In this document: positions 1 through 9,784 of the stretch, piece by piece | How the letters are laid out: each line of letters starts with the position of its first letter | How positions within the stretch are numbered: position 1 is the first letter of the stretch | From: Clostridia bacterium | Lineage (GTDB): Bacteria > Bacillota > Clostridia > TANB77 > CAG-465 | DNA: 64,000 nucleotides | Assembly: GCA_045536565.1 (NCBI GenBank) | Contig: JAZSNU010000013.1 | Span: 32,001-96,000 of the forward strand | Direction: 5' to 3' | Made by a program: the position numbers and the translations under genes | Notes under the pieces: model-generated | Seen by the model: only the letters and a program-made list of their open reading frames with translations | Databases searched by the model: none | What the model was told of the DNA's origin: nothing

Positions 1-166
1 TTACTTTATCTGCGCCAGGAACTGTAAAAGTAAGTTCAATACTTGTGCATCCACCTTTTAGACATGCATCACTTATTTTTATAGCATGGTCTTCGTTTTC
101 TGCTCTTACTACCGCAACTAAGCCACAATCTTTAACATGAGCTAAAACTTTTTCTTTTGAAATCAT
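1..166 (-). CDS. eda: KDPG/KHG aldolase, 5' part (runs off window)
   Basis: Manual translation MISKEKVLAHVKDCGLVAVVRAENEDHAIKISDACLKGGCTSIELTFTVPGADKV matches the Eda N-terminus (VAVVR...IELTFTVP). RBS AAGGAGG upstream. Confidence 0.8.
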   Translation of the reverse strand, partial: MISKEKVLAHVKDCGLVAVVRAENEDHAIKISDACLKGGCTSIELTFTVPGADKV

Positions 167-223
167 ATAGATACCTCCTTATATGAAATTTATGTTTAAA
201 TTATATCATATTATTTTTATATT

Positions 224-535
224 TTACAGTAAATTATCAAAATCTCTCTTACCATAAATAATATGTGCCAATTCAATTATATTATCTTCCACAGTATAAA
301 ATATTGTAAAGTTACCCACCTGTATTCTATACCAACTATATTTACTATCTTTTTCTCTTTTATATATCTCATAACTTTTAGGACTTATCATCCTTCTTTT
401 TATAGAATTTTCTATTTCATCTAATAATTTTTCAGTCGCTTTACTGTTTTTTAGAATGTTTGAAATATAATATATTATTTGCGAGAGTTCATCATCAAAA
501 GAAGGAAGATAAATTAATTTATAATTATTCTTCAC
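224..535 (-). CDS. RelE/ParE-family toxin
   Basis: 103 aa, YKLIYLPSFDDEL...YRIQVGNFTIFYTV...HIIYGKRD pattern; overlaps the upstream antitoxin. Confidence 0.8.
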   Translation of the reverse strand: MKNNYKLIYLPSFDDELSQIIYYISNILKNSKATEKLLDEIENSIKRRMISPKSYEIYKREKDSKYSWYRIQVGNFTIFYTVEDNIIELAHIIYGKRDFDNLL

Positions 536-836
536 TATTTATTATCCTCCTTAATTTTGAAAAGACCTCATCATGAGTTAAATATTTAGTATTTGGATCT
601 TCTAGTTCTTTTTCCGTTTCATCTAGTAATTTATCAATATCAACATTTCCAAATTTTAATTCTAATGCTCTTTCCATATCAATTTCATTTAGCATACTTT
701 CATACCTATCTATACTCATTACTACCATAGAGCCATATCCATTTTTGGTTAAATATACTGCTTGGTCTTCTTTTAACACCAATTCCTCTATCTCAGGATA
801 TTTGTTTCTTAAATCTGACACTGGTCTAATATTCAT
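525..836 (-). CDS. Phd/YefM-family antitoxin
   Basis: N-terminal IRPVSDLRN...VYLTKNG...VVMS motif; directly upstream of the toxin. Confidence 0.85.
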   Translation of the reverse strand: MNIRPVSDLRNKYPEIEELVLKEDQAVYLTKNGYGSMVVMSIDRYESMLNEIDMERALELKFGNVDIDKLLDETEKELEDPNTKYLTHDEVFSKLRRIINSEE

Positions 837-982
837 ATTAACACCCCCTTGTATTTTGTTATCATAATTTTATCACAGTTGTGCCATTTTTACAATTATA
901 TAAACACTAACTCCTATTAATATTTATAATATTTTTGTTAAATCGTACATTTATATAAACTATATGATATAATACTCGTGAG

Positions 983-2164
983 GTGTTTATTATGATAAAA
1001 TTCTTTTTTAGAAGATTTGGTTTTATTATTGTTGGCATTGCTATAATTTTTATACTTAATAAATTGCCATATGAACAAAGTGAAAAAATATTTGATTTTT
1101 ATTTAAAGCATGAAGGAATAATATATTTATGTATAGTAGGTTTAGCATTATTTATTGCTTTCTTACCAACAATACTTTCTAAAATTATTGAACCTAAATA
1201 CATAAAAAACATATCACTCGAAAATGCTCCAATGGACTTTAAAAAAATATATGATGCTTTATATAGTTCTAATATAGATGAATTAGAAGCTTTAAGAAAA
1301 AAAGCAAAAACAAGAAAAATAATACAAACTTTTTTATTAACTATAATATTTATTGGATATGTATTCATGGATTCTGATAGAACAATAATTTCTCTTGAAG
1401 TAGATGGTATAATCGAAATTATTGCTGTAATTTCTTTTGTTATTTGGGGAATATTCACATATATAAATCATAAATCTAAAAACGAATACAAGTTATTGTA
1501 TAAAAATAACATTGTTTCAAGATTTGTTAAATTAGTAAATAGTAACTTAAACTATACACCTGATAAAGAGAAAAACAGCAATCTCTCTGAGGAATATAGG
1601 ATAGCAAATTTTGATAACAACTCTTTTAATAACTTCTATAATGATGATTGTATAGAAGGTAACATAGAAGATAATATATATATTAATGCTACTGATATAT
1701 ATGTAGAAAAAATCACAGGTAGTGGAAAAAATAGAACAGTAGAAGAATTATTTAAAGGTATATTTACATATACTAAAACTAACAAAAACATTAATTCGTT
1801 TATAAAAATAAGTAAAAACAAATATCATATTTTTAATAATGATTCCAAAATACAAATGGATGATAGCATATTTGAAAAGTATTTTGATGTATATTCAGAA
1901 GACAAACTATTAACAATGAGAATTCTTACCTCTGATGTTATGACTAGTCTAATGGATTTTTATAACAAATACCAATTAGAATTTGAAATAATGTTTAGAA
2001 ATGATACTATATATCTAAGATTTTTTACTGGCGAAATGTTTGAACCTAAATTATTCGGCAATTCGATGGATAAAGAGTTACTATTAGTATATTATGAAAT
2101 TTTAAAATTTGTAGTAGATGTTACTAAAAAAATTAATGTTACATTACAAGAGTTAGAAATATAA
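983..2164 (+). CDS. Membrane protein, DUF3137-like
   Basis: Four N-terminal hydrophobic segments; C-terminal LFKG...FEKYFDVYS.D....RILT...M motif typical of DUF3137. Confidence 0.65.
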   Translation: MFIMIKFFFRRFGFIIVGIAIIFILNKLPYEQSEKIFDFYLKHEGIIYLCIVGLALFIAFLPTILSKIIEPKYIKNISLENAPMDFKKIYDALYSSNIDELEALRKKAKTRKIIQTFLLTIIFIGYVFMDSDRTIISLEVDGIIEIIAVISFVIWGIFTYINHKSKNEYKLLYKNNIVSRFVKLVNSNLNYTPDKEKNSNLSEEYRIANFDNNSFNNFYNDDCIEGNIEDNIYINATDIYVEKITGSGKNRTVEELFKGIFTYTKTNKNINSFIKISKNKYHIFNNDSKIQMDDSIFEKYFDVYSEDKLLTMRILTSDVMTSLMDFYNKYQLEFEIMFRNDTIYLRFFTGEMFEPKLFGNSMDKELLLVYYEILKFVVDVTKKINVTLQELEI

Positions 2165-2185
2165 CTAAATTATATTTTTAAGATA

Positions 2186-2218
2186 AATAAAGTGCTTACA
2201 CTAAATAAGCACTTTATT
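2186..2218. terminator. Hairpin (probable terminator) between convergent genes
   Basis: AATAAAGTGCTTA-cactaaa-TAAGCACTTTATT inverted repeat. Confidence 0.6.
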
Positions 2219-2301
2219 ATTTTGTATTTATTTCAATCAATAGCACCTTTCATATCAAATTTTATAATTTATTCGCAAAAGGCATATCAAAACACAACCT
2301 A

Positions 2302-3051
2302 TTACCCCAACCCAAATGATGAATAATATATATCTGTTTTTCCATTATTATATGTTACTACTAACTTTACACTTTCAATGCTATCACTTGTATTATATAC
2401 ACTTAATTGAGCATTAACACCTGTTGGAATTATTCTAAATTTATTTGAAGAAACCCCATTATAATTTTCAGCACTTATTTCATTACCAGCAAAATTTAAC
2501 AAATAAACATCTATATATTTTACATTCTGTGTCTGCTCAAAAGTAAAATTCATATCAATTCTATCATGCTCAATATCATAATCATGCCAATCATTTACTA
2601 AAACAGCAGGTAAATTTTCCAATCTTTCTTTTTCTGCTGCTGCTTTTTCTGCCGCCGCTTTTTGTGCTGCTGCTTTTTCTGCCGCCGCTTTTTCTGCTGC
2701 TGCTTTTCCTGCCGCCGCTTTTTCTGCCGCTGCTTTTTCTGCCGCTGCTTTTTCTGCCGCCGCTTTTTCTGCCGCTGCTTTTTCTGCTGCTGCCTTTTCC
2801 GCTGCTGCTTTTTCTGCCGCTGCTTTTTCTGCTGCTGCCTTTTCCTCTGCTTCTTTTTCCGCTGCTGCTTTATCTTTCTTCTCATCATTTTCACTAACAA
2901 TTTGGTTATCCTGCTTATCTACTTTGTTTTCAGTTGTCTTTTTACCAATAGAACTTAACCCCCACGCTAGTGATATTCCTACAAATAATATAAAGAAAAA
3001 TATCATTAATCCTAGTACCACATTATATTTTTTATCCTTTTCCATTTTCAT
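2302..3051 (-). CDS. Membrane-anchored surface protein with (KAAAE)n helical stalk
   Basis: N-terminal TM segment, ~16 KAAAE-type repeats, ~100-aa beta-rich C-terminal domain. Confidence 0.75.
   Translation of the reverse strand: MKMEKDKKYNVVLGLMIFFFILFVGISLAWGLSSIGKKTTENKVDKQDNQIVSENDEKKDKAAAEKEAEEKAAAEKAAAEKAAAEKAAAEKAAAEKAAAEKAAAEKAAAEKAAAGKAAAEKAAAEKAAAQKAAAEKAAAEKERLENLPAVLVNDWHDYDIEHDRIDMNFTFEQTQNVKYIDVYLLNFAGNEISAENYNGVSSNKFRIIPTGVNAQLSVYNTSDSIESVKLVVTYNNGKTDIYYSSFGLG
2629..2872. repeat. 15-bp coding tandem repeat (~16 units)
   Basis: Repeating TTTTTCTGC(C/T)GC(C/T)GC units on the + strand, encoding KAAAE on the - strand. Confidence 0.9.
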
Positions 3052-3131
3052 ATCCCCTCTCTTTTGTATAAAAAAAGTTTATCATATCGATAAAAATTTA
3101 TCAACATAATAAACTATTTTTTTACTTTTTT

Positions 3132-3995
3132 CTATTCATCCGGATTTATATGCACTAATGTATCATATATTTTATTATTTTCTCTCATTTTTTCACGTAT
3201 TTTACCAGCTATTTTATGGCTTTCAGATACTGTCATATTAGGATCTACCGATATTTTAACAATCAACATATGTTTATCGCCAGTAGGTTTTGATTTTATT
3301 GTATCTATATGATTTACTCCATCAAATTGCATTATTTGCTCTTTTACTTCTTCTGATATATTTGTATCAATACATTTATCAATTAAAATATCATAAGCTT
3401 TAATTGCAATTTTTATTCCTGTAATTACAATAACAACTGATATTATACTTCCTATTATCCCATCTACAAAATAATAACCATAATATCCAAATATGATACC
3501 TATAAGTACGCCTGTTGAAATTAGCACATCATTTCTATGATCATCTGCATTTGCAGAGATAAGAAGGCTATGTTTTTTCTTACCTACTCTTTTTACATAC
3601 ATGTATAATACTGTTTTTACAACTATTGTTATAACTGGTATTAACGCAAGTAAATATGATACTTCAAATTGCTTGTTTTGTATAACAGAAAGAATCGAAC
3701 TATACAAAGTATCCATAGCAACTATTATCATAAATATTCCTATTAAAAAAGATGCAACATATTCTGCTTTTCCATGTCCAAATTCATGGTCTTCATCTTC
3801 TGGTTTTTCTGCTATTTTTCCACCTATTAATGTTATAGCAGAAGAAAACACATCCCCAAAGCTATTTACAGCATCTGCTATAAGTGCTTGAGATTTAAAA
3901 AATATTCCTCCTAAAAATTTCATACTAAGAAGGAATAAGTTGGCAATTATTCCAAGTATGCCAACTTTTTTTACTTCTTTTTTTATTTCATTCAT
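3132..3995 (-). CDS. Cation diffusion facilitator (FieF/CzcD-like) transporter
   Basis: SQALIADAVNS.GD, HEFGHGKAEY, A.ADDHRND motifs; C-terminal HINP. Confidence 0.9.
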   Translation of the reverse strand: MNEIKKEVKKVGILGIIANLFLLSMKFLGGIFFKSQALIADAVNSFGDVFSSAITLIGGKIAEKPEDEDHEFGHGKAEYVASFLIGIFMIIVAMDTLYSSILSVIQNKQFEVSYLLALIPVITIVVKTVLYMYVKRVGKKKHSLLISANADDHRNDVLISTGVLIGIIFGYYGYYFVDGIIGSIISVVIVITGIKIAIKAYDILIDKCIDTNISEEVKEQIMQFDGVNHIDTIKSKPTGDKHMLIVKISVDPNMTVSESHKIAGKIREKMRENNKIYDTLVHINPDE

Positions 3996-4007
3996 ACATA
4001 TCCACCT

Positions 4008-6062
4008 CTATTTAGATTTTTTAGCTGTGGTTTTTTTAGCTACTTTAGTGGTCTTAGTTTTTTTAGTTGTGGTTTTCTTTTTAGTAGTTTTTTTCTTTTT
4101 AACTTTCCCTTCCTGACTAGGTTTGTTCCAAGAAATATAGTCACATGTTTTGTTTTCATCGTTTGTATTATTTTCGCAAACATAAAAACTTCTTCTTGTC
4201 TTTGTTTTCTTAACTATAATCTTGCCTCCACATCTTGGACAAGTTTCATTTATTTCTTCTACAATAGGTTTAGCATTTTTACATTCGGGATATCCTGGAC
4301 AAGCTAAGAATTTTCCAAATCTTCCTTGCTTTATAACCATATTTTTTCCACAGAATTCACATATCACATCAGATACTTCTTCTTTTAATTTAACTCTTTC
4401 TATTTTGTCTTGTACTTCTTCTAGATTCTTTTTAAACGGATCATAGAATTCATGTAACATCTTAATATAATCAATATTACCTTCTGATATTTCATCTAAT
4501 TTATTTTCCATACCAGCTGTAAAAGTTATATCAACTATATCCTCAAAATGTTTAACCATAATATCATTTACTACTTCACCTAAATCAGTTGGTACTAAAT
4601 GCTTATTTTCTTTTTCTACATATAATCTATCTAAAATTGTAGATATTGTAGGTGCATATGTACTTGGTCTTCCTATTCCCTTTTCTTCTAGTACTTTTAC
4701 AAGACTTGCCTCTGTGTATCTAGAAGGTGGCTCAGTAAATTTTTGCTTAAATTCTATTTTTTCTTGTTTAAGTTCTTCATTTTGATTTACTTCAGGAAGC
4801 TTTCTATTTTCATCTTCTTCGTTTGACTCTTCTTTTGTCTCAATATATAACTTCATAAAACCATCAAACTTTATAGTACTTCCATTTGCATGGAATATAT
4901 AATCATTTGCATTTATAACTAGCTTAACTGTATCATAAATTGCAGGTTTCATTTGGCTTGCTAAAAATCTATTATATATCAATGTATATAACTTTAACTG
5001 GTCTTTATCTAAATTTAATTCATCTATATTTCCAAGCGATGTTGGCCTTATAGCTTCATGCGCATCTTGTGCTCCTGATTTACTTTTAAACACCCTACTC
5101 ATATAATATGAAGATCCAAAGTTTTTAAGAATGTATGCTTTTGCCATACTTGCTGCATCATCTGATATTCTTATAGAGTCTGTTCTCATATATGTAATAT
5201 GTCCTGCTTCATATAGTCTTTGAGCAATCATCATTGTTTTCTTTACAGGAAAACCAAACTTTTTAGATGCATCCTGTTGAAGACTAGAAGTTGTAAAAGG
5301 TGCAGGTGGATTCTTCTTCTTTTGGCTTTTTATTACATCTTCTACTATATATTTTTTTCCATCCACTGCATTTACAATTTCTTTTACTTGCTTTTCATTA
5401 GTTAATGCTATTTTGCCATTTTTATCTCCGTAAAACTTAGCAAATATTTGTGCATCACTATTTTGTTTGTTTAATAATACACTTAAATCCCAGTATTCTT
5501 CTGGCTTAAAGTTTCTTATTTCATTTTCTCTATCCATTATAATTCTAAGAGCAACTGATTGAACACGACCTGCGCTTAATCCTCTTTTTACTTTTTTCCA
5601 TAAAAGTGGACTTATTTGATATCCAACTATTCTATCTAATATTCTTCTTGCTTTTTGTGCATTAACTAAATCCATATCAATAGTTCTTGCTTTTTTTACT
5701 GCTTCTATAACTGCTGTTTTTGTTATTTCGTTAAATGCTATTCTACATTTTTCATTTTCATCTATTCCAAGTTCATTTCTTATATGCCACGCTATTGCTT
5801 CACCTTCACGATCAGGGTCACTTGCTAAGTATATAGCCTCTTTATCTTTGGCCTCAGCCTTTATTTCTTTTATAATGCTAGCTTTCCCTTTCATTTTTAT
5901 ATATTCTGGTTTAAAGTCATTTTCTAAATCTACACCCATACGACTTGCAGGAAGATCAATTATGTGTCCTTGCGACGCTATAACTTCATAATCTTTACCT
6001 AAATATTTTTTTATAGTTTTAGCTTTAGATGGTGACTCCACTATTACTAATTTTTTAGCCAC
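4008..6062 (-). CDS. topA: DNA topoisomerase I (type IA)
   Basis: LVIVESPSKAK, DPDREGEAI, SAGRVQS, ITYMRTDS, GIGRPSTY motifs and C-terminal Zn ribbons; GTG start overlaps the glyA stop. Confidence 0.97.
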   Translation of the reverse strand: MAKKLVIVESPSKAKTIKKYLGKDYEVIASQGHIIDLPASRMGVDLENDFKPEYIKMKGKASIIKEIKAEAKDKEAIYLASDPDREGEAIAWHIRNELGIDENEKCRIAFNEITKTAVIEAVKKARTIDMDLVNAQKARRILDRIVGYQISPLLWKKVKRGLSAGRVQSVALRIIMDRENEIRNFKPEEYWDLSVLLNKQNSDAQIFAKFYGDKNGKIALTNEKQVKEIVNAVDGKKYIVEDVIKSQKKKNPPAPFTTSSLQQDASKKFGFPVKKTMMIAQRLYEAGHITYMRTDSIRISDDAASMAKAYILKNFGSSYYMSRVFKSKSGAQDAHEAIRPTSLGNIDELNLDKDQLKLYTLIYNRFLASQMKPAIYDTVKLVINANDYIFHANGSTIKFDGFMKLYIETKEESNEEDENRKLPEVNQNEELKQEKIEFKQKFTEPPSRYTEASLVKVLEEKGIGRPSTYAPTISTILDRLYVEKENKHLVPTDLGEVVNDIMVKHFEDIVDITFTAGMENKLDEISEGNIDYIKMLHEFYDPFKKNLEEVQDKIERVKLKEEVSDVICEFCGKNMVIKQGRFGKFLACPGYPECKNAKPIVEEINETCPRCGGKIIVKKTKTRRSFYVCENNTNDENKTCDYISWNKPSQEGKVKKKKTTKKKTTTKKTKTTKVAKKTTAKKSK

Positions 6063-7282
6063 TAGTTTTTATACCTCCCTACTATTTCTGCTACGATTTC
6101 TTTTGATTTTAATATATTTTCTTCTGATTTAGATAATGCTAAATCAATAGCTTCTGCTAAATCCATCATGTCATTTTCTTTAAGTCCTTTTGTAGTACAA
6201 GCTGCTGTACCAATTCTAATACCACTAGTTACTTTTGGTGACTCAGTATCATTTGGCACTGCATTTTTATTTACAGTTATATTTACATTATCTAAAATTT
6301 CTTCTGCCTGCTTTCCTGTTAGGCCTTTATTTCTTAAATCAACTAGCATTAAATGATTATCTGTTCCGCCAGATACTAAATTATATCCTCTTTTTATTAG
6401 TTCATCAGCTAAACATTTTGCATTTAATACCACTTGTTTTGCATATTCTTTAAATTCCTCTGACATTGCCTCTTTAAAGCATACTGCTTTACCCGCAATA
6501 ACATGTTCAAGTGGTCCTCCTTGTATTCCAGGAAATATTGTTTTATCAATCTTCTTGCCATATTCTTCTTTACAAAGAATTAACCCTGAACGAGGTCCTC
6601 TTAATGTTTTGTGTGTTGTTGATGTCACAAAGTCAGCATAAGGCACAGGCGATTCATGCTCACCTGCTGCAACTAAACCTGCAATATGTGCCATATCTAC
6701 CATAAAATACGCACCTATTTCGTCTGCTATTTCTCTAAACTTTTTAAAATCTATCTTTCTTGGATATGCACTAGCCCCAGCTAAAATAAGTTTTGGTTTA
6801 TTCTCTATCGCTTTTTGTCTTACATCTTCATAATCAATATATCCGTTATCATCAACACCATATGATATAAAGTTATATAGTTTCCCTGAAAAATTAACTT
6901 TACTTCCATGTGTTAAATGTCCACCATTTGATAAATCCATACCAAGTACAGTATCTCCTGGATTTAGCATTGCCATATATACAGCCATATTAGCCTGACT
7001 TCCGCTATGTGGCTGAACATTTGCATATTCTGCATTAAATAACTTCTTAGCTCTTTCGATTGCCAAAGTTTCTATACCATCTATATTTATACATCCGCCA
7101 TAATATCTTTCATTTGGATATCCTTCTGCATATTTATTTGTAAGAATACTACCTACTGCTTCAAGAACACCTTGACTTACAAAGTTTTCAGATGCAATAA
7201 GTTCTATATTGTTATTTTGTCTTTTTTCCTCTTGTATAATTAAGTTATATATTTCATTATCATTTTCTTTTAGATAGTTCAT
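6062..7282 (-). CDS. glyA: Serine hydroxymethyltransferase
   Basis: [36 protein letters not shown]. Confidence 0.98.
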   Translation of the reverse strand: MNYLKENDNEIYNLIIQEEKRQNNNIELIASENFVSQGVLEAVGSILTNKYAEGYPNERYYGGCINIDGIETLAIERAKKLFNAEYANVQPHSGSQANMAVYMAMLNPGDTVLGMDLSNGGHLTHGSKVNFSGKLYNFISYGVDDNGYIDYEDVRQKAIENKPKLILAGASAYPRKIDFKKFREIADEIGAYFMVDMAHIAGLVAAGEHESPVPYADFVTSTTHKTLRGPRSGLILCKEEYGKKIDKTIFPGIQGGPLEHVIAGKAVCFKEAMSEEFKEYAKQVVLNAKCLADELIKRGYNLVSGGTDNHLMLVDLRNKGLTGKQAEEILDNVNITVNKNAVPNDTESPKVTSGIRIGTAACTTKGLKENDMMDLAEAIDLALSKSEENILKSKEIVAEIVGRYKN

Positions 7283-7403
7283 TTAATCACTTCCTAACTA
7301 TATATCTCTTAAAGATATACATGCAATCTCTTGCATTTTGTATTATATACAATATATAATATATAGTCAAGATAAGTATATTATGAATTTTAAGGAGTTG
7401 TAT

Positions 7404-8009
7404 ATGAAATTTGTAGAAAAACAAATATATGAGAATGAAATTTTTGAAGATATAGTTTATGAAGAAACAGAATTTAAAAGTTGTACCTTTATTTCTTGTA
7501 AATTTAAAAGTTGTGATTTTTCAGAAGCAAAAATATTAAATTCAAGATTTGAGTCTTGCCATTTATATATATGTGATATGAAAAATATAGAGTGTGTAAA
7601 TTCTGCATTTACAAATTGTAATTTTGAAAACACCAATTTATTTTTATCTACATTCAAAGAATGTAAAATGACTGGTTCGAATTTTGCAGGAAGTACTACA
7701 ACAGGACTTAATATATTCGGTGGTGACTTTTCTTATACTAATCTTAGAAATATGTCATTTAAAGGTCATAAATTAGAAAATATATCATTTGAAAGGGCAG
7801 ATTTATCTGAATCTATATTTGAAAATGCTATACTTAGAAATGTTAATTTTACATACGCTATTTTAAACAAATGCAACTTTAAAAATGCAGATTTAAGAAC
7901 ATGTAATTTAGCATACACACCAGTTAAAAATATGTTTTTTGAAAATACAAAAGTGGATTTAGAAACATCTGTAATGATTTCAGAGGCTTATGGAGTTATA
8001 TGCACATAA
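7404..8009 (+). CDS. Pentapeptide-repeat protein
   Basis: Continuous [F/L]xxxx pentapeptide periodicity (FKSCT FISCK FKSCD FSEAK...). Start moved to ATG 7404 behind AAGGAG. Confidence 0.85.
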   Translation: MKFVEKQIYENEIFEDIVYEETEFKSCTFISCKFKSCDFSEAKILNSRFESCHLYICDMKNIECVNSAFTNCNFENTNLFLSTFKECKMTGSNFAGSTTTGLNIFGGDFSYTNLRNMSFKGHKLENISFERADLSESIFENAILRNVNFTYAILNKCNFKNADLRTCNLAYTPVKNMFFENTKVDLETSVMISEAYGVICT

Positions 8010-8015
8010 AAAATT

Positions 8016-8037
8016 ATCGGCTATATTAATAGCCGAT
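8016..8037. terminator. Bidirectional terminator hairpin
   Basis: ATCGGCTAT-atta-ATAGCCGAT between convergent genes. Confidence 0.6.
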
Positions 8038-8043
8038 TTAATT

Positions 8044-8319
8044 TTACTTTTTCGCGATTTTTTCACTATCATCAACAAATGCAATTCCAAAAGGATGATT
8101 ATCATTATCCACTTCATTTAAAACATCTTTACGTGTTTTCATACAAGCAGTACAATAAGATGTTTTTAATATTTGCATCAAATGATTCCAACGCTTTACA
8201 GCAAAACACTTTTCATTTTTATAAATTATTTTACCGCATTTTCTACATATTCTTGTATTTTTACTTGTTATTTTTTTTATGTAACACATTCTAATTAAAA
8301 CTTTAAAGAACTTATACAT
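8044..8319 (-). CDS. Small hypothetical protein with CxxC...CxxC zinc-ribbon-like motif
   Basis: CRKCG...YCTAC; AGGAGG a few bases upstream. Confidence 0.55.
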   Translation of the reverse strand: MYKFFKVLIRMCYIKKITSKNTRICRKCGKIIYKNEKCFAVKRWNHLMQILKTSYCTACMKTRKDVLNEVDNDNHPFGIAFVDDSEKIAKK

Positions 8320-8442
8320 ACATTTTCCTCCTATATAACATATTAATATTACATTTATTATTTATATTTTACCATTTGATTATATCATAAATGTCAATAA
8401 TACATCGAAAAATACCAGCTAAATATAGCCGGTATTTTGTTT

Positions 8443-9066
8443 TTAATATTCCAAATGTTTTTTCAGAATCATACAAAATGCATAAAAATCAAATTTAGAA
8501 TAAAACTGGACTGTAAATTCTTTTTGAGATTTATCAAAAGTTGAATAAATTTCATCTTTTGGAAGATGTGGAAAATCCGAATCAAATTCCCTTAAAGGAT
8601 CAAAAAAATACATATGGTCAAATTCTTTAAGTGGTTCATTAAGTTTAAAAGATACAAACCATTCTTCACCTGTACAACTTGCTATTATTTTAAGCCCATC
8701 ATAGTACTGGCCCATATCCACTTTGAATATTGGAAATATACCATTTCCTTCTGCAAGGTGTGTTCCTAACACTTGTACCGTATCACTTGACAAATAGTGT
8801 CTAGAAGTATTATAAAAGCCACTTGCTATTTGTTCAAGCATAAAGTTTATCTGCTCTTCAATTTCATCATCTCTGCTTAAGAAATGATTTACTTGTCTCC
8901 ACGCATGTACATCAACTGGAAGATGTTTATTATAATATTCTCTTACATACTCAATAATAGCTCTATCGTCTACTATATCCCCAGCAGATTCATAGTTTAG
9001 TAATTCTTCTTCGTCCATGTACAATTTTAAATTTGCATACAATTTATCGCTTACCTTTTTTGCCAT
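8443..9066 (-). CDS. Hypothetical protein
   Basis: 207-aa ORF with AAGGAGG RBS and an upstream TTGCAT-17-TATAAT promoter. Confidence 0.7.
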   Translation of the reverse strand: MAKKVSDKLYANLKLYMDEEELLNYESAGDIVDDRAIIEYVREYYNKHLPVDVHAWRQVNHFLSRDDEIEEQINFMLEQIASGFYNTSRHYLSSDTVQVLGTHLAEGNGIFPIFKVDMGQYYDGLKIIASCTGEEWFVSFKLNEPLKEFDHMYFFDPLREFDSDFPHLPKDEIYSTFDKSQKEFTVQFYSKFDFYAFCMILKKHLEY

Positions 9067-9178
9067 TAAAATTCCTCCTTAAAATTATTTATGAGTTTAA
9101 ATTTTTTCTTTTACATATTGTATTATATCATATATAACAGAAAAATGCAAGTATTATGTAAATTACACATATGAAACA

Positions 9179-9204
9179 AAGGATAGAAATTGAATTCTAT
9201 CCTT
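9179..9204 (-). terminator. Terminator after nrdG
   Basis: AAGGATAGAA-attgaa-TTCTATCCTT hairpin. Confidence 0.6.
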
Positions 9205-9211
9205 CTTTTTA

Positions 9212-9784
9212 TTATATAAACATAAATTCTTTTTCTTTTGCTAAGCAGTCATATCCAACAAATACTTTTTCTGTGTTATACTTTTCAATCACAACCGGTT
9301 TTTGTAATTTCATACTTTCATTCATATCAAGTATTCTTTGATTTCTTGAACCTTTAAATTTCAAGTTCAAACTTCTTTTTTCAAGTTCAAACTTACCATC
9401 TACTAAAACATCTATGTTATTCATAAATTCTTTAAGTGCTGGTTTTGTTTCTGATAGTTCTAACAATTTTTCAAATGTAAAACCAGTATATGCCCATACA
9501 TTAAGTTCATTCTGTTTGCAGAACTTAGCTATTTCACCCGATGCCTCTATCTGGAAGAAAGGATCTCCCCCAGATAAAGTAACACCGTCTTGATTAGGCA
9601 CACTTAATATTTGTTTTTTTAAATCTTCTACATCTATTTCAAAACCTTTTGAATGATCATGTGTTTCTGGATTATGACAGCCTTTACAGTTATGCGAACA
9701 GCCTTGTGTCCATACTACTGTTCTTATTCCATCTCCGTCTACAATGCTATCTGATTGAAGCGGATTAGCAAGTCTAATCTTCAT
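9212..9784 (-). CDS. nrdG: Anaerobic ribonucleotide reductase activase (radical SAM)
   Basis: DSIVDGDGIR, CxxxCxxC (CSHNCKGC), DVLVDG.F, GS.NQR; follows nrdD. Confidence 0.96.
   Translation of the reverse strand: MKIRLANPLQSDSIVDGDGIRTVVWTQGCSHNCKGCHNPETHDHSKGFEIDVEDLKKQILSVPNQDGVTLSGGDPFFQIEASGEIAKFCKQNELNVWAYTGFTFEKLLELSETKPALKEFMNNIDVLVDGKFELEKRSLNLKFKGSRNQRILDMNESMKLQKPVVIEKYNTEKVFVGYDCLAKEKEFMFI

Noticed and set aside
2629-2872. Possible CRISPR array
   Set aside because: Contiguous coding repeats without unique spacers. No cas genes or repeat-spacer array seen anywhere in the window.
2598-2958. Cys/Phe/Arg-rich, Leu/Pro-rich and Lys/Gln/Arg-rich ORFs (2662-2958, 2664-2897, 2598-2900)
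   Set aside because: Alternative-frame shadows of the 15-bp KAAAE repeat, which lacks stops in several frames.
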